From the NCBI GenBank assembly GCA_022813865.1, contig JALDZX010000006.1, positions 248,001 through 312,000 on the forward strand: a stretch of DNA of 64,000 nt. Direction: 5' to 3'. Within the stretch, counting starts at the first letter, position 1, and each line of letters begins with the position of its first letter. The DNA comes from Xylographa opegraphella. Its lineage: Eukaryota. A model generated the notes under the pieces. The model was given only the letters and a program-made list of their open reading frames with translations, ran no database searches and was not told the DNA's origin. Below are positions 36,810 through 50,761 of the stretch, piece after piece. Both the position numbers and the translations under genes were made by a program.

Positions 36810-39800
36810 TCAAACACTCGACTCCTTGACCTGCCACCCATCTTCTTCTTTCACCCACTCCTTCCTCTCTCCTAAAACAGCCAATCGGGCTCTTTCCAGC
36901 CCGTCAACAAGGTATTTTTGCGCCAAATCTCTAAGATCCCCCTTTCTGACATCGAGTAGCTGTTCTCTCTTCACCTGCTCCATTTCCTCATCGATACCGC
37001 TCAGAAAGCGAGTCATACCCTCCTCGCTCACACTCTCTGGAGCATCAATGCCCTGGAAGACACTCAGCTTTGCTTCCTCGAGGTCTTGGTCAGTCCATTG
37101 ACGATCGCGAGCCCACCGACCGGCATCACGCATGATTGCAATGGTGTTTTGTGGATTAGGATCTCGATAGCTGTAAAAGCCGAACATGCCGCTAAGGCCT
37201 TTAGCGTACGCACCTCCGCCGTACGCACCGCCTTTCTCGCGGATTTCGTGGTGCAGGTGTTTGTGAGTGAGCAGCTGAGAGAGAATCTGGAGAGAAGCGC
37301 TGGACGTGTGTGTATATGGTACGGTCGATAGTGAAAGCGCGGAGTAGTAGACTTGGTAAGGCAAAGGAAAGAAGGTTTTTGAATTGCGGCTAGGAACAGC
37401 GTCTGAAGTTGTGGATTCGAGTACTTGCGGTAGAGATGGTAGCTTACTGAGGAAGGCTTGTAACGCTGACTCGTTTGTCGATACGGATTCCGGACCGCAA
37501 GTCAGAGCAACTCGAAAATTGGAAGAATTGGAGATGCAGAATTGCTGAATAGTCTTCAGATTGGATATAATGTCCCCCAGGCCTTCCTCCGGTGAGCGAG
37601 ATGCAAGTGCTGTGATTTGATGAACTTGAGTCAAGCCGCCCACTTGTTCACTTAGCATGCCTTGTGTAGAAAGCCCAGCCTCGGTGTATTTGCGAGCATA
37701 GGAATGTCCTGAGCTTGCGACAGCATTTAGAGCACCACTCGCGTCGCCTTGCAAAAGCTGCCTGATCATGCTTTCCGCTTCCGGCCCATCAAAGTTGGTC
37801 TCTTGCAATACTGTGCGCAATAGTTCGTACATTGCAGGCACATTCTGGTCCAAGGCATAACCGGAAAATGAGAGCCCTTCGCTCGATTTCAGAATGTCCA
37901 TCGGCGACGTGGTTGAGTGATAGGATGTTCTGATACCGCCTGTTTTAAGCTTAATAAGATCTTCGAGCTGTTCCATGCTTTGATTCTTGGTGCCCAGACG
38001 CATTACGGTATCGGTAAATAGTGGTATTAGCATTCTCAGCTCTGTTGGTAGTCCGGCAAGGGTATTTATGGCTCGAAAGTAGGTCAGACCATTTGTACTT
38101 GCTTCTCGCCACTGGATATTGACACCGTCCAGCTTTGAATCTCTTGTAATTTTCTTCTCCATCTCACGGGGTATATCTGCGACATGTACCATGGGCAGGC
38201 AACTCAAATCTTGTGTCCTTGCGTTTTCTTGAACTTTGAGTAACTCTAACTCTCGTGCGGTGAGCTCCTCCCGGGCTTTGTCTTCTCCTCCAGACCGCTC
38301 AGTAACTTCTGCAATCTTGCTTGCGAGACGCTTGGTTTCTTCGCTGATAAGTTCCTCCCCATAATTGCTAGAGGGTTCCATTGTGAAGGTCAAACATCGA
38401 TCGTTTAATAAGAACTTTTCCAACAGTCCTTCGAGATAACCAGGTTTAACATATCTTTTCTTGAATTCGGATATCGTCTTATCCCATGCCAAGGAGTCAA
38501 ATGGATCTACCCCATTAAACCAGCCGGATTGAAGTCTTTGCATGAGTCCCATACCAAAATTGGCTGTCTTGTGCTTGAGACTTAACTCGAGCTGATGAAG
38601 GATACCATCTATCTTACTCTTTTCGAAGCCTTCCTGGTGGATGTCTCGTAAGACTTTCATGATAGAATCTTTAACCTTAGGAACATCGGCCTCCTTTACA
38701 CCTGTCAGCCCAACGGAGAAAATTCCCACTTTTCCAGATCCGTCAAATCCGGTATTTGGACTCCAATCTGGACCGAGCCCTGCTTCTATAAGACCACGGT
38801 AGAGGGGCGAGCCATACCCATCAAGTAGTAGAGAAGACATCAAGCTCAAGGAAAACGCTTCCACAACGTTCGACGTATCGCCTAATAACCAAGATGTCGA
38901 AGTCTTAAACTGCATATTTCCATCCACCAAGGGATCTGTCGGCCCTGAGATCTTTATCTCAAGGGGCCCTTTGTCTAGCTTGATAGGCAACTTAATGCTT
39001 CGATCAGCCTCCGTTTTGTCAAATGTATCCAGTTGACGACCGATTTCGACAAGGTGGTCTGTGAGGGGCATATCGCCATAAGTAAAGAGCTTCGCGTTGC
39101 TTGGGTGATAGTTTTGTGCATGGAATTTCTTCAGATCTTCGTACGTCAAGTCTGTCATTTTTTGTGGGTCGCCTCCCGAGTTATTGATATCAGGGAAGAT
39201 ATGGTCTTGAAATTTGATATAGTATAGGTAGCTAGCATCCGACATTTGTCCCTTCATTTCGTTGTAGACAACCCCTTTAAACACCAATTTTTCGCGATCC
39301 CCAGTGACGGAAGCATCCGTGGCGGCGCCACGAGGATTCTCCGGTCCTATTCTCCATCCTTCCTGGGTAAAGTCGTTCTCTTCGAGCAATGGATATAATG
39401 TAGCATCTAGATATACAGACATAAGATTGTTAAAGTCCTTGCGATTAGTTGTGGCAAAAGGGTACGTTGTATGATCTGAGGAGGTCATTGCATTCATGAA
39501 ATTGGAAAGTGATCTTGGAAGCATCTTGAAAAAGGGGTCGCGGACTGGATATCTGCGCATATTTAGCTCAAGAGTCGATCTTAGAATACCTAGTACTCGA
39601 AAGTGATGCACTAACTTCTTGCTCCCACAAAGTGTGGTATGCTCCAGGATGTGAGGCACGCCGGTGTCATCTGGTGGATTTGTCTTGAACCCAATAGAAA
39701 AGACATTGTTTTTGTCGTCTCTTGCAACATGCAGATATTCTGCACCTGTCCTGTCATGCTCCAGATGAAAAGCTGCCAACTGTAGTTCCGGAATATGTTC

Positions 39801-39974
39801 CGCTCGTTTGAGCGTAAAGCCATGGAGGCGATCTCCAGCCTTTGGATAATTGTGTAGATCGGTTACTGTAGCATAACCGCGCCTCCTGGCAGGAGGATAC
39901 TGTGATGTGGCGCATCTTACATGAGTAACACCAAGACGAGCTGCTACCGAGCCTGAAGGCTTCCTGAGCATCAT
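36810..39974 (-). CDS. CYM1: Mitochondrial presequence protease (M16C, Cym1/PreP)
   Basis: HILEH inverted zinc motif, [34 protein letters not shown]; Arg-rich presequence; in-frame intron 39553-39615. Confidence 0.96.
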   Translation of the reverse strand: MMLRKPSGSVAARLGVTHVRCATSQYPPARRRGYATVTDLHNYPKAGDRLHGFTLKRAEHIPELQLAAFHLEHDRTGAEYLHVARDDKNNVFSIGFKTNPPDDTGVPHILEHTTLCGSKKLVHHFRVLGILRSTLELNMRRYPVRDPFFKMLPRSLSNFMNAMTSSDHTTYPFATTNRKDFNNLMSVYLDATLYPLLEENDFTQEGWRIGPENPRGAATDASVTGDREKLVFKGVVYNEMKGQMSDASYLYYIKFQDHIFPDINNSGGDPQKMTDLTYEDLKKFHAQNYHPSNAKLFTYGDMPLTDHLVEIGRQLDTFDKTEADRSIKLPIKLDKGPLEIKISGPTDPLVDGNMQFKTSTSWLLGDTSNVVEAFSLSLMSSLLLDGYGSPLYRGLIEAGLGPDWSPNTGFDGSGKVGIFSVGLTGVKEADVPKVKDSIMKVLRDIHQEGFEKSKIDGILHQLELSLKHKTANFGMGLMQRLQSGWFNGVDPFDSLAWDKTISEFKKRYVKPGYLEGLLEKFLLNDRCLTFTMEPSSNYGEELISEETKRLASKIAEVTERSGGEDKAREELTARELELLKVQENARTQDLSCLPMVHVADIPREMEKKITRDSKLDGVNIQWREASTNGLTYFRAINTLAGLPTELRMLIPLFTDTVMRLGTKNQSMEQLEDLIKLKTGGIRTSYHSTTSPMDILKSSEGLSFSGYALDQNVPAMYELLRTVLQETNFDGPEAESMIRQLLQGDASGALNAVASSGHSYARKYTEAGLSTQGMLSEQVGGLTQVHQITALASRSPEEGLGDIISNLKTIQQFCISNSSNFRVALTCGPESVSTNESALQAFLSKLPSLPQVLESTTSDAVPSRNSKTFFPLPYQVYYSALSLSTVPYTHTSSASLQILSQLLTHKHLHHEIREKGGAYGGGAYAKGLSGMFGFYSYRDPNPQNTIAIMRDAGRWARDRQWTDQDLEEAKLSVFQGIDAPESVSEEGMTRFLSGIDEEMEQVKREQLLDVRKGDLRDLAQKYLVDGLERARLAVLGERKEWVKEEDGWQVKESSV

Positions 39975-40434
39975 GTGAGGTGGTTGAAGTAGTATCTCGT
40001 AAATTTGGGTCCACCAGGCGTTATTATCGCGTTCACCATGTCTTACCCGGCCATGAACCTACTTGGGAAGCCGTACCATGACTACCTTACCCTAATGAGT
40101 CATTTACCGACTGCACAAGCATGCATCGTTTCTGTTTTTCGGACAGTATCAATCTAGAAATCGATTGTAACAGGACTATGCGCAGACTTATTACAGGAAT
40201 CCTGATAGTGAGCCATCATCGGTTTTTCACCTAATGGAAGCTGTGGTCGGATTTGTGTCACCAGTTCGCGGCCTCGGCTCTTCCATCTTGGTCTCTCCGC
40301 ACTTCATCTAGGCATTCATCCCCTTCAGTGTGCTCACAACAAGCGCACCACCGCAAGATAAATCATTCATCAAGTTACCATATGTGATTTCTAATCGCCA
40401 ATCATCACTTCCTATCTGCAGAGCTCCTATAACC

Positions 40435-41490
40435 ATGTCCACTCCACCCCTCACCACCCCCCTTACCACTCTCCTCCGGATCCAGCATCCCGTCCTTCTT
40501 GCCGGCATGGCCCACACATCTACTGCCGCTCTGGCTGCCGCTGTCTCCTCCGCCGGTGGGCTCGGCACGATTGGTGGTCTTGGCTACTCACCCGTTCAGC
40601 TCCGCGCTATGATTCACGAACTCAAGGCTTTGTTGATCTCCCCTTCTCTCCCGTTCGGCGTCGACCTCGCGTTACCGAAAGTGGGCGCTGGTGCCCGCGC
40701 TACCAACCACGACTATACCCACGGTCAACTAGATGCGCTGGTGGATGTTATTGTGGAGGAGGGTGCGTCGTTGTTCATCTGTGCGGTCGGTGTCCCACCT
40801 GAAAGCGTAGTACAGCGGCTGCATGAGGGCGGCGTTCTGGTGATGAACATGGTTGGGGCCCCACGGCATGCCGAGAAAGCGTTTGCAGTGGGGTGTGATA
40901 TCGTATGCGCGCAGGGAGGTGAGGGCGGTGGGCACACTGGGGAAATTGCAAGTAGCATACTGGTCCCGGCATGTGTGGATGTCGCAAAACGATACAGGCC
41001 GCCGATGCTGGGCGGAGGGGAAGGTTTGGTGGTGGCGGCGGGCGGGATCTTTGACGGGAGAGGCTTAGCAAGCGCGCTGATGCACGGAGCAGTAGGGGTG
41101 TGGGTAGGGACCAGATTTGTGGCGAGTGAGGAGGCTGGCTGTAGCAGGATGCATAAAGAGGCAGTTCTTGGCGCCGGCTTCAGCGATACCTTAAAGACAC
41201 TGGTAGTTAGTGGGAGACCGCTGAGGGTCAGAAGGAATGAGTATGTGGACGGATGGGAACGCCGGCCGGAGGAGATTAGAAGATTCACCGAGAGCGGTAT
41301 CGTGCCCATGATGAAGGACTTGGAGGAAGACAAGGAGGTAGATATGCCATACTTGATGGGTCAAGTGGCTGCCGTCGTAGGGGACATTAAACCAGCCAAG
41401 AGTATAGTGGAAGACATGGTGGCTGAGGCGGTGCAGATGCTGAGGATTGGGCAATCGTACATGGTTCCGCAAAGGGATTCAAAGTTGTAG
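40435..41490 (+). CDS. Nitronate monooxygenase / 2-nitropropane dioxygenase family
   Basis: HPVLLAGM, AVSSAGGLGTIGG, PFGVDL, QGGEGGGHTG, AAGGIFDGRG, VWVGTRFVAS, MGQVA. Confidence 0.92.
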   Translation: MSTPPLTTPLTTLLRIQHPVLLAGMAHTSTAALAAAVSSAGGLGTIGGLGYSPVQLRAMIHELKALLISPSLPFGVDLALPKVGAGARATNHDYTHGQLDALVDVIVEEGASLFICAVGVPPESVVQRLHEGGVLVMNMVGAPRHAEKAFAVGCDIVCAQGGEGGGHTGEIASSILVPACVDVAKRYRPPMLGGGEGLVVAAGGIFDGRGLASALMHGAVGVWVGTRFVASEEAGCSRMHKEAVLGAGFSDTLKTLVVSGRPLRVRRNEYVDGWERRPEEIRRFTESGIVPMMKDLEEDKEVDMPYLMGQVAAVVGDIKPAKSIVEDMVAEAVQMLRIGQSYMVPQRDSKL

Positions 41491-41665
41491 TGTCAGTTTG
41501 ACGCTCGAGCAGAAAATGCTTCTTGCTGCACATATTGTGTTAAAGAAGTCACCACAATGGAAAAATAGACTGTTCAAGACGACGCTTTGTGGAGCTAAAT
41601 GAAGGAGCAGTAGATACTGAAGGTGATCAGGGCCATCGGTGCTTCAATGAGGTCATATTGATTCA

Positions 41666-43433
41666 CTATTTGATTCCGTTGGCTTTCCCATTGGTGAGAG
41701 CTTGGGTGACGGTTGGAGGTGGCGGTACAGGACCGAAAGCGGGCAGTCCACTGGCGGTAGTCTGAAATGCAAGTTCTTCTTCTGTATCGTCGTCGTACTC
41801 ACCTTCTTCACTACCCTCCTCTTCATCATAATCCTCGTCGTCGTATTCACTCTCTGTCCCCTCTTCGTCGCCTTCCAAAGCAGTACCCACAACCGGAGCC
41901 CTTCCTTGGTCCTGCATACGGCGAATGACACTTTCGAGGGTAGTGTTTTTCTTGCGTAAGACTTCCATGTCTTCTGTTAATCGCGCGCGGTCTTCTGCCA
42001 TTTCGAGAATATTCTTATTGGTTAGGTCATGCTTGCGTGTAAGATTGAGGTTTTCCTTCTCAAGGCGCTTGGTTTTCTTGGACATTTCTTCCATCTCCTT
42101 TCGAAACGTTAGGAAAAGATCATTAGAATTGTTGAGAGTATCTTCAACCTGTTTGAACTTCTCAACGTAAATGTTTAGCTGACTCCGCAATTCAGTCTCA
42201 GTTTGAGAGAATGTAGAGACCTGAGCGCTAAGCTGCCTTGACCTTGCGGCCTCATTCTCCGCGACTTTGCGTTGTTGTTCACAGCGGGCTAGATGAGTAT
42301 GGAGCTCACATTCTTTTGTACGTTGAAGAGACAGAAAATGGAGCTCGCGGAGTTCGTACTGTTCGATAAGTGATTTGAACTTTGTCTTAAACCTGAGATG
42401 ACCTTGAGTCAGCAGACTTCACTCGTAACTTTGCAACGTGCACATTTTTGCTGTTCTGGTAATCGTCGACGTACAGTTCTTCGGTTTCCATATTCAGCTG
42501 CAGACTCCCAGGATTCTCCTTCTGGTTCATGATCTCGCCAATGTCCCAAAAGATAGTTTCACCCCTCTCACTCATCAGATCTCGACTCTTTTTCTCGGTG
42601 TCTTCTAACTTTTTGTGCTCTTCCTGCAAGAATGACACAAGGTCAGCCTTGTGAACCACTTTGGTATTGAGTGCAGGATCCGCAGACGCAGCACGCTCCC
42701 CAATTACCCACCTTCATCTTCTTGTTCTCGGATGTCAAAGTTCGGCATAATTTCTCCAGTCTGTCTTTCATCCCAATCACTTTAGTGAGTTCTGAGCGTT
42801 GAGCATCCTTCTCCTTCTGAAGCTGATCAGCCCTTTTTTTAGCTTTGAGGTGGTCTCTCTCCAACTTCTTCATCTCCGCAAAAAGGTCTGTGTTGCGTTT
42901 CTGCAGAGCATCCATCCGTTCAAGAGGGTTCGCTATACCAGCCAACAGATTGGTCATGTCTCGTGTAGCTTTACGGACTTCCCGCTCTAAATCACCGGCG
43001 ACGTCAGCAACGTACTATCGAGAATATGATGAGTTAACACATAGGCATAATTTTGGAGACGCAAGAATTATAAACATATCTCGCCCTCATATACTGTCCC
43101 GAACATCCTCGATAATGCGCGATATTTGCAGCATAGGGAGGGCGACCCACCAATTTCTAGTTCCTGATCTTTCTCCTCAGCAAAACCAATCTCAAGTTGA
43201 TTGAGTCTAGCAGCCACCAGTTTTGCCTTTTCGTTATCGTCCACCGGTTTCTTAGCTTTTGTCTTTTTCGATACTGGAGCAACAGGTGCGGATGTCGGTG
43301 TGGAAGTGGAAGCGGGAGAGTCTGGTAAAGCGCCATGACCGTTGATGTAGTCCACGGCTGGATGACCGTTCATCACTGAAGAGGATCGTGAACTGTTGGG
43401 CCCCGTTGGAGGCTGTGACGCAACTGCAGCCAT
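41666..43433 (-). CDS. Taxilin-family coiled-coil protein, 3 introns
   Basis: EI|EREVRKATRDM, KDRLEKLCRTL, IEQYELRELHF, LRSQLNIYVEKFKQVEDTLNNSNDLFLTFRKEMEEMSKKTKRLEKEN. Confidence 0.9.
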
Positions 43434-45143
43434 AGTTCTTGCGGAAGCTTGCGCTGCGTGGTCTATGGGTGAATATCATGTACAGTACATGTAGACACCC
43501 TCATACAGAAAACGAGGGATTTGTCTATTCTGTAGTCTTCGAGGTAGCTATTGTACTTGTGAACGATGTCGTGAAGGCAGTCAATTTCGAGGTACGACCC
43601 GCCACAGTCAAGGCGCTTGGGCGGTTTCTGCAAAGCTTATCTCTGAGTCGAAGTGGTTGTTGTAGTTTCCTGTATCTAGATAATTAGTGTGATGGTGAGA
43701 AGATATCGTGCTAAGCGTGTGTGAAATAATACCAATATCGCGTGACTGTATGTGAAAGGCACAATGTACATTGAGTGATTCTGCTCCTACTCCGTAGTCT
43801 CGGCTGCAGACGTCGATCTCACATCATGCATAGGATACTGCAGGGGTCCTTCCTACCCGTACCTTAATCGAAGCCATAAGCGCGAGCCATGAGACATTTC
43901 CTACGCTGGAAGTCCTCCAGGTTGTGATTCAACAGGATCAAAATCTTATAATTGCACTGTACATAGTAATGTCGACAGTTGACCCTTAGATTTACGAGCG
44001 ACATTCCCGGAGTCAGACATGGTTGTGCCATTGACTTGATCTCTCTTGGACCATCACTACCGAGTGCCTCTTTGCAGATTAATGCTAGCCATCGTATTCT
44101 CTATTGCCTACCATCTCAGGCACTTCCATAGAATCTGAGTGGAGCCGCCTCCTATAGTGACATTAACATCTTCATGGTGGTCCCTGCTTTGCTGATCCTT
44201 TGTGATACCACGTGTGTTTGGTCTGTCTCTTGCGTGAATGATCTCACATGATTTAATTGGTAATGCTACCTAGGTATGTGATAGAGAGAGATTATGTATG
44301 CGAGCATTCCTTTCGTGACGCCTGTCTTTGTCACAATGCCATCTCCCGCTATCTCTACCATTCCCTCCACAACATCTTTTCCTGTATTATTATGGATGCA
44401 TTACTGGAATCCATATTTCCAGCTAATAACACGTCCGTACGCAGAAATTCTGCCTTCGGCGTGGGCTCCCACGTTCATGGCTACCAACCAGACCATTCTG
44501 ATCTGTCTCAGATCCCCCGATCCCCTGTATGGCAGCATGTACTTTTCTCCGCCAGTCGCTCCGATTCTCTCTCTGATGCGTTATATGAGAGTAACCTGCT
44601 CTCCGCTGCAATCATGGCGAAATTTGAGGATGGTCTTGGAATGGGAGGGAAGGTCTTGGTGAGGTAGACACTCAATCAGATTGTGGACGAAGCAGCTGAG
44701 GTCATGTGGTTTTATTCAGCAACATACTGGACAACATTACTCATGGACTTGCAAAGTCAGAATAGGACGATCAATTTAGAATAACTTGAAAAGTTATCAA
44801 CAGCTATAGCAATACGAGATCATTGCTACCCTGAGATCCGAATAATCAATCGCTCGTAGTCTATCAATAACCATAATTTGCAGGCTAATCACAAGCAAGC
44901 CTCGGCTTGATATCAAGAATGTTACAGGAGGAAGCATTCTCAATATAGGAGCAATTTATTTCCTCTTTGAACTGCCACCACGTCTGCGAGGTACTCATCG
45001 TTCAACAATCCACTGGTTCGAGTGTAACATGATTCGGTATAAGAGACCGGTTGCATGAAATACTGATATTGGAGTAGAATCTCACGAACTCAGCAAGCTT
45101 GCGATCAAATTTGCGAGACGGAGTGCGCAACAAGCATTTTATA

Positions 45144-45250
45144 CATTGCAGCTTCGTCCATTGCAGCTTCGTCCATTGCAGCTTCGTCCATTGCAGCTTC
45201 GTCCATTGCAGCTTCGTCCATTGCAGCTTCGTCCATTGCAGCTTCGTCCA
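45144..45250. repeat. Perfect 15-bp minisatellite (CATTGCAGCTTCGTC)x7
   Basis: Seven identical units read directly. Confidence 0.97.
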
Positions 45251-46069
45251 CATCGTTATTACCGTTGCAAACTGTGGGCTCCAGGGTTCAGGATGTCTTC
45301 GTTAATATTATCAACCTCCACCTCGAAGTAGTCATCTGCTCCAAGTATAGTAAATGCATATAGCTCCGTAGAGCTGTGTACTATTGTCACGGTGAAAGAA
45401 CTAGCTTTGATCAGTCCGAATTCTGACGAAGATGAAACTTATGGATGACGAGGTGGTAGATATATCAATCAGTTCCAGTGATAGTTGGACAGAGAAGATG
45501 GATGCCGCCGCTTAAGAGAATGAGATACCCAGTCGTCACTGATGAACTTCATTCTACAGGAGAGGCCAATTGTCGATAATCTTTGTAGTTGGAAGTCATC
45601 CGTCTTCGGAACTAGCGGGATAGAGGGCGTGACACGTAGAAGAGAGGGTGAGGTCATCAAGAGGTATTATCTGAGTGTGGAGCTCGTAATAGAACCCATT
45701 ATGACTTGAGCATACATAATCTAACCGAAAGTGGAAGCAAGTAAACCTAGCAACTCAATCTATCAAAGCCATAGTGCAAGCATAGCAAGCAAGATAGACC
45801 TAGTAACCCATCCTACCAAAAGTATAGTGCAAGCAGATCGAAAGAATCAAATCAAACACCATCATGCAAACACGATATTTGATCAGAACAATAACTTGGG
45901 ACAAGCTCAGTAGAAGTACCGTGTACATAGTGTAATAATGACATAGCATTGCACTTCGGCATATTGATTGTAAAAGAGCAAGAGACATCTGCATCAATTA
46001 ACACCCCTTGAGACCGTTTACCCTCAAGCTTTCTATCTCCTTAGGGTTTCGGCTTTGACTCGGACTTGC

Positions 46070-47149
46070 TCAAATATCCATTGGCTCCAAGCGTCCGCTT
46101 TGGTCTTCGAAAATAGGCAGCAACAATTCTGGTTGATTCAGTTCAAAATCAATTGATTTAAGTATGAAATGCTGCAAGCCCTGCACACTTATCTCGAAAG
46201 ATTTTATAGATTCCAAAGATTCACATTGTATTGCTGACCGTACAAAGCTTACGGCAAGCTCCACCCAACCCAGACATTCAGGAGAGTCAGTGACACCTGG
46301 TGGTTGGCGGTATTCTATTGTTCCGCTTTCCCTAGGAAGTAAGTTCTTAAAGTTCCATGCAAATTCTCGACGAGTTACCCCCGCGACACCCTGCATGAGG
46401 TGGACTAGGGACTCGAAGTCTGAACAATCCTTTATGCACCTATGACACTCGTCACGCTCTTTATTCCCAAATCCAGAACTTCCAAGCCTGTTGTTGCGAG
46501 ACTGAATATTTCCTCGGCGGTCGGCGGGAATTAAAACCTCGAATGCTTGGTCAAAATGTAGAATACTGTGACAAATTGACTTCACGGACTGTAAATCCCA
46601 CGAAGCCTTACTGAGAGGTGAAATATGAACGTGGGTTCCACAAGTATAGTTTGATAGAACTTCGCAATCCATCCGGATCACTTTCCAGAAGTGTGTAACA
46701 GCTTGCGACCAAGAATGGTCTCTCTTGTATTCAAGAACAGGAGACACTATTTCAATTGTATCTAGATGGGGAGAGAAGATTAGAATAGATCAAATATACT
46801 AATTATGAAAGAATTTGTAGTCGAGCGGTTTAATAATACTTTCTACATGGTGTAGAAAGCTTCGATCGGGCTGATCTGCAACTCACTTACATGGTTCGAA
46901 ATCTGGAAAATCTGCTTCGACCGTATTGTCAGGGGTAAGAACCCATTCTGATCTCGCTGAAGTTTTATTCAATCCAGTTAGGTCTTCGGCCAATTTTGGC
47001 ATGGAAGGGTCCCTCTTTTGGTTGTAAATGGTCATAAGTTGAGCAGCGAAAGCCGAGCGGTCTTCCTTGGAACTAATATCGTTGAAGACCCCTTTGAAGT
47101 TCAAGAATAGTTCTATCTCAATACCGATCCGGAATCCAGCGACAGCCAT
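46070..47149 (-). CDS. Putative amidoligase (Amidoligase_2 / COOH-NH2 ligase family)
   Basis: IGIEIE, WVLTPDNTV, IEIVSPVL, TCGTHVHIS, WNFKNL, TIEYRQPPG; intron 46762-46890. Confidence 0.82.
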
Positions 47150-48470
47150 GATGAGAGATGTAATAAGCAAAGTAATAACAAGGTTTGGTAAAAATTAATA
47201 ATAAGACTCACTACATGTAAATAGGTATAATGATTTGAGAAACATGCTGAATGGCAACTTAATATATATCCCTTGATGCCACACACGTTTTCGGAGGATG
47301 CCAGTCTCGTGTAACATAGAAGCTCCATTCAATTGCCACAAGACCTGGCGTCAGGATTCACAACTTACCATGAATATGATGGGCGACTAGTCATCAGCCA
47401 ATACCAGCAGCTAGAAGTTCGGCAGGACATCTTCGAAGGTGGTGACGCTGGAAGTCCTCACCCAGAGATCATCGTATTCCATGAGAGTGATATGTTGCAC
47501 GACGAAGCCTAATCCGCGAAGGCTTATGTTCGGGATCCCAGTGATGCGTACTGGTGCGGTGAAAGAGCGAAGTGAACATTCCCGAAGCAATTTCTCCTCC
47601 TTCAAAGATGGTCGTGATTCGTGAAAGTGCAGAGAAACCTAGTTCGTGGCAGTATATCTCTGCATCCATACATATGTGAATTTGTGTGATGCGAATGAAT
47701 GCTGCTAGTTCTGGTCAGTATAAAAGCTAAAATCTGACCGGGAGGTTATCGTAATTCTTTGAAAGCAGACAATGTGTGAATTAGTTCGAGGCCGTTCAGA
47801 TGTCGGAAGCTAGAAACTTCATCTTAATGCACCAAATTAAAAGCATGTGAGCGACGAGTTGCACTGCATTCTTCACAGATGCATCATCGTTACAAGCAGC
47901 ACTGATGTTACACCGGTCCGAACATTAGAGCTGCACCAATTAATGGCGTAAGGTTGACAAAGAGGTATTTCTGAGATATTTCGTGCTCCCTTCTGCTCTC
48001 CTCTGTTCCGTATGTTGCAAGCACCCTCAGTGCTCCCTTCAAGCGACCACGCTGCCGTTCCCGGACGGACTGAGCAATTCGTGAACTTGGGTTTGGGGTT
48101 CATGTAATGCAATATTGAGAACAGCATACCGAGACTCTTTAACATAAACATCGATGTGGTTAACTTGATAAGTAATGCTGCCGAGAAGAATGAGTGCTAG
48201 GATAATAGCTTTTTGGAATTGGAATCTGCGGCATTCTCATCTCTCATTACGAACTGCGTATACCAACCGCATTTGCACAAGGTACCATCGCTAAGTAAAT
48301 GAAGTCCATCGCGGGTTACCTTTGCCAACTTCTGCCCCCTTTGAATGTGCAATCATCGACATCGTCGAAATCACCTCACTGGAACTTAGTTCCACAGTGA
48401 CAAATAGGCGCTCAACGAGCACGATAAGTCAATATACCAGGTTTAGGACGATGGTATAATATATCTCCGG

Positions 48471-49126
48471 TTACTTCGTCACCTTGTCCTTGGCACTGCT
48501 CAGCATCTCCTTTCCATCCGCTGCCAAATCAACCGCCTCCTTCTTCGTCGAATTCAGTATTCCTTGAGCTTTTGCCTCTTTTCCACCATAGCTGTGTGCA
48601 AATCTCAGTCAGAAAGGTACAAGAGTACAAATACTTAATTGAGGATATCGCGCGACATGAACTCACTGCCAGTATTGTATATATCTATATCCTTGTGTAA
48701 CTTGAGCACCAAAGTTGACGAAATGGCAGGCAAAGAGAAGGTAATTCTTAGGTGTCACGGCCATTGAGTATCGCATGAAGGTACCAGAGTAAAGTGTAAG
48801 TGCCGCGGTCATCTTCCCGGATATGCTGCGAGCGTCGCATGTCAGCATTATGCTGTAGTAGACGAGCAACAATGGCTAGAGGAGCTAGGTGGGGAAGCTT
48901 TTAATTTCATATACTGACATGTCTGGATCTTTCTTCGTATCCATGACGGCTGCGATGGGTATGCCGAAGTTGGAGACAGGCCCCCAGAAGTCTAGGTTTG
49001 CCAATGATTAGTCTTGTGAATGGCGAACATTGCTTGTGTTCCTAGTGACTTACGAGTGGAGAAGACATAGTTGAGAACAGGTTGCGACCTGATTTTAGCG
49101 TTCAATGCTGATATTGCTGCTGCCAT
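48471..49126 (-). CDS. MPC1: Mitochondrial pyruvate carrier subunit 1, 3 introns
   Basis: YVFST|HFWGPVSNFGIPIAAVMD, ISGKMTAALTLYSGTFMRYSMAVTPKNYLLFACH. Confidence 0.93.
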
Positions 49127-49506
49127 GTTGTCGAAACTGTTGATAATGAAGCTTGGCTTGGTACCGGAATTAACGTAAAGAAAATGCTCGTCACGTGCTC
49201 CATGTCAACTATTATTTGGGTTTCCGACGATAAAGGCCTATGAATTAAATATACTCTAAATTTTTGTCGCAAATACTTGTTCAATACTTGTTCACACTTT
49301 CGGATTTATCATTAAATGTTCTGCATATCGCAATTGTGATGTCCTGCCAGACCTTGCCACAACGCCAATGCTAGAGGATATGTTCTGAGAGGTGGACATC
49401 CACATTCAAGACGAAGACTCTACTTCTTATGCTTTCGTCCTACTCTGAAAGTATTACATGGTCATCAGATGCTTTTGACAGTAGCTCCTCCAACCTAGCT
49501 AGAATA

Positions 49507-50469
49507 TCATCTGCCGCCAAAGCCTGGTGGTGGAAACCCCCTTCCTCCTGGTGGTGCTTGAAATCCTGGGGGTGGTTGAAAACCTTGAGCTTTTGAGTTG
49601 ATTAGCAGATGCACTAAAAGAGTACCAAATTTATAAGCTTACGAGGTCCTCCAGCAAATCCTGGTGGTGGCGCAAATCCAGCTGCAAGAACATGTTAGTC
49701 AACCTGCACCAAAGCTTGAAACAAAAGAGTAGTTACGTGGCCCTCCTGGCGGTCCTCCTCTGCCTCCAAAGCCTGGTGGCGCACCTCCGGGAAAGCCGCC
49801 TGGTGGGAATCCAGTGAATCCACTGGGAGGTGGAGGCCCTCCCACTCCAGCGACCGGACCACTCAAGCCAATAGGGAGTCCTCTACCAGCAGGCCTGCTG
49901 ATACCTGGCCCAGCAGCTAATATCGGTGGCACTGCTCCAGAACCACCAGGAGCACTTGTTCCAAGCCTTGCAGATGGATCTGCTGGTGGAGGACCGTCAA
50001 CAGAACATGATATGATATGTGTACCGCGAACAATGGTGAGACCGAGTGTACGCTTTTCTTCAGATTCGACGAGAGTGGGTGCGGAGCTTCCTGGTGCTGA
50101 CTGCGCCCCTTTTGTAGCTTTTCGTTTGACCCGTCGGAATTCCTCAGTGTCTGCAAGAACAAGGTTCATGTGCTTGGATTGGTCAGGATGCTTTGCATAG
50201 TAAAGCACTGAGGACCAGCTTACCTTATCAAATGCCAGCATTTGTCCAGTCATTTGGCGCCCATCATTCAATGTAACCCTCATCCTGTAGTTGATCTATA
50301 ATTCAATCAGTGCAGTCCGGGTAGACCCACTGAGCATTTTTCTGATTGAAAAGAGTAAGACCCACGAGGTTTTGCTAACAGCGATCGAGTCAGCTATCAA
50401 GGTCAACGCAATGTCTGAAAATTGAGCTCAAGATTTCTCACTCACCATTTTCCCTTGCTTGTTTGCCAT
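49507..50469 (-). CDS. SMB1: Small nuclear ribonucleoprotein SmB, 5 introns including a 9-nt microexon
   Basis: [60 protein letters not shown]; Pro/Gly-rich tail. Confidence 0.93.
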
Positions 50470-50761
50470 CTTGTTCTGCAGGTCGCACTAGCGACAATGT
50501 CACCGACGTCGAAATTTTGTTGAGTAGCTACAGTTGAGTGTACTCGTCGCTTCTCAAGGCTACAGAAAGAATAACCTGACATGTCACGGCAAGAGCTCCG
50601 TCTCGTTGAGAAGTTACGCTCGCTTATCGCGCCAATTCTGGCTCCGGCTAGTCCTAGACTAACCACAGTACGGGCTCGCTAATCACACACACATTTGAGA
50701 CTATTCAGATCTCTCCAATAATAACCAGAACGCACTACATCGCGAAGCGCAAGCATTCATA

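Noticed and set aside
42987..43150. Possible [D1,2] stwintron in taxilin intron 1 (G|GTGGGT..TAG|TACGTT)
   Set aside because: The external intron would be only ~29 nt and would break the frame; a single standard intron restores EIEREVRKA
45144..45250. CRISPR-like array or repeat-encoded peptides (WTKLQ, HCSFV, LQLRP)
   Set aside because: No spacers, eukaryotic context, no cas genes; the ORFs are a by-product of a stop-free 15-bp unit
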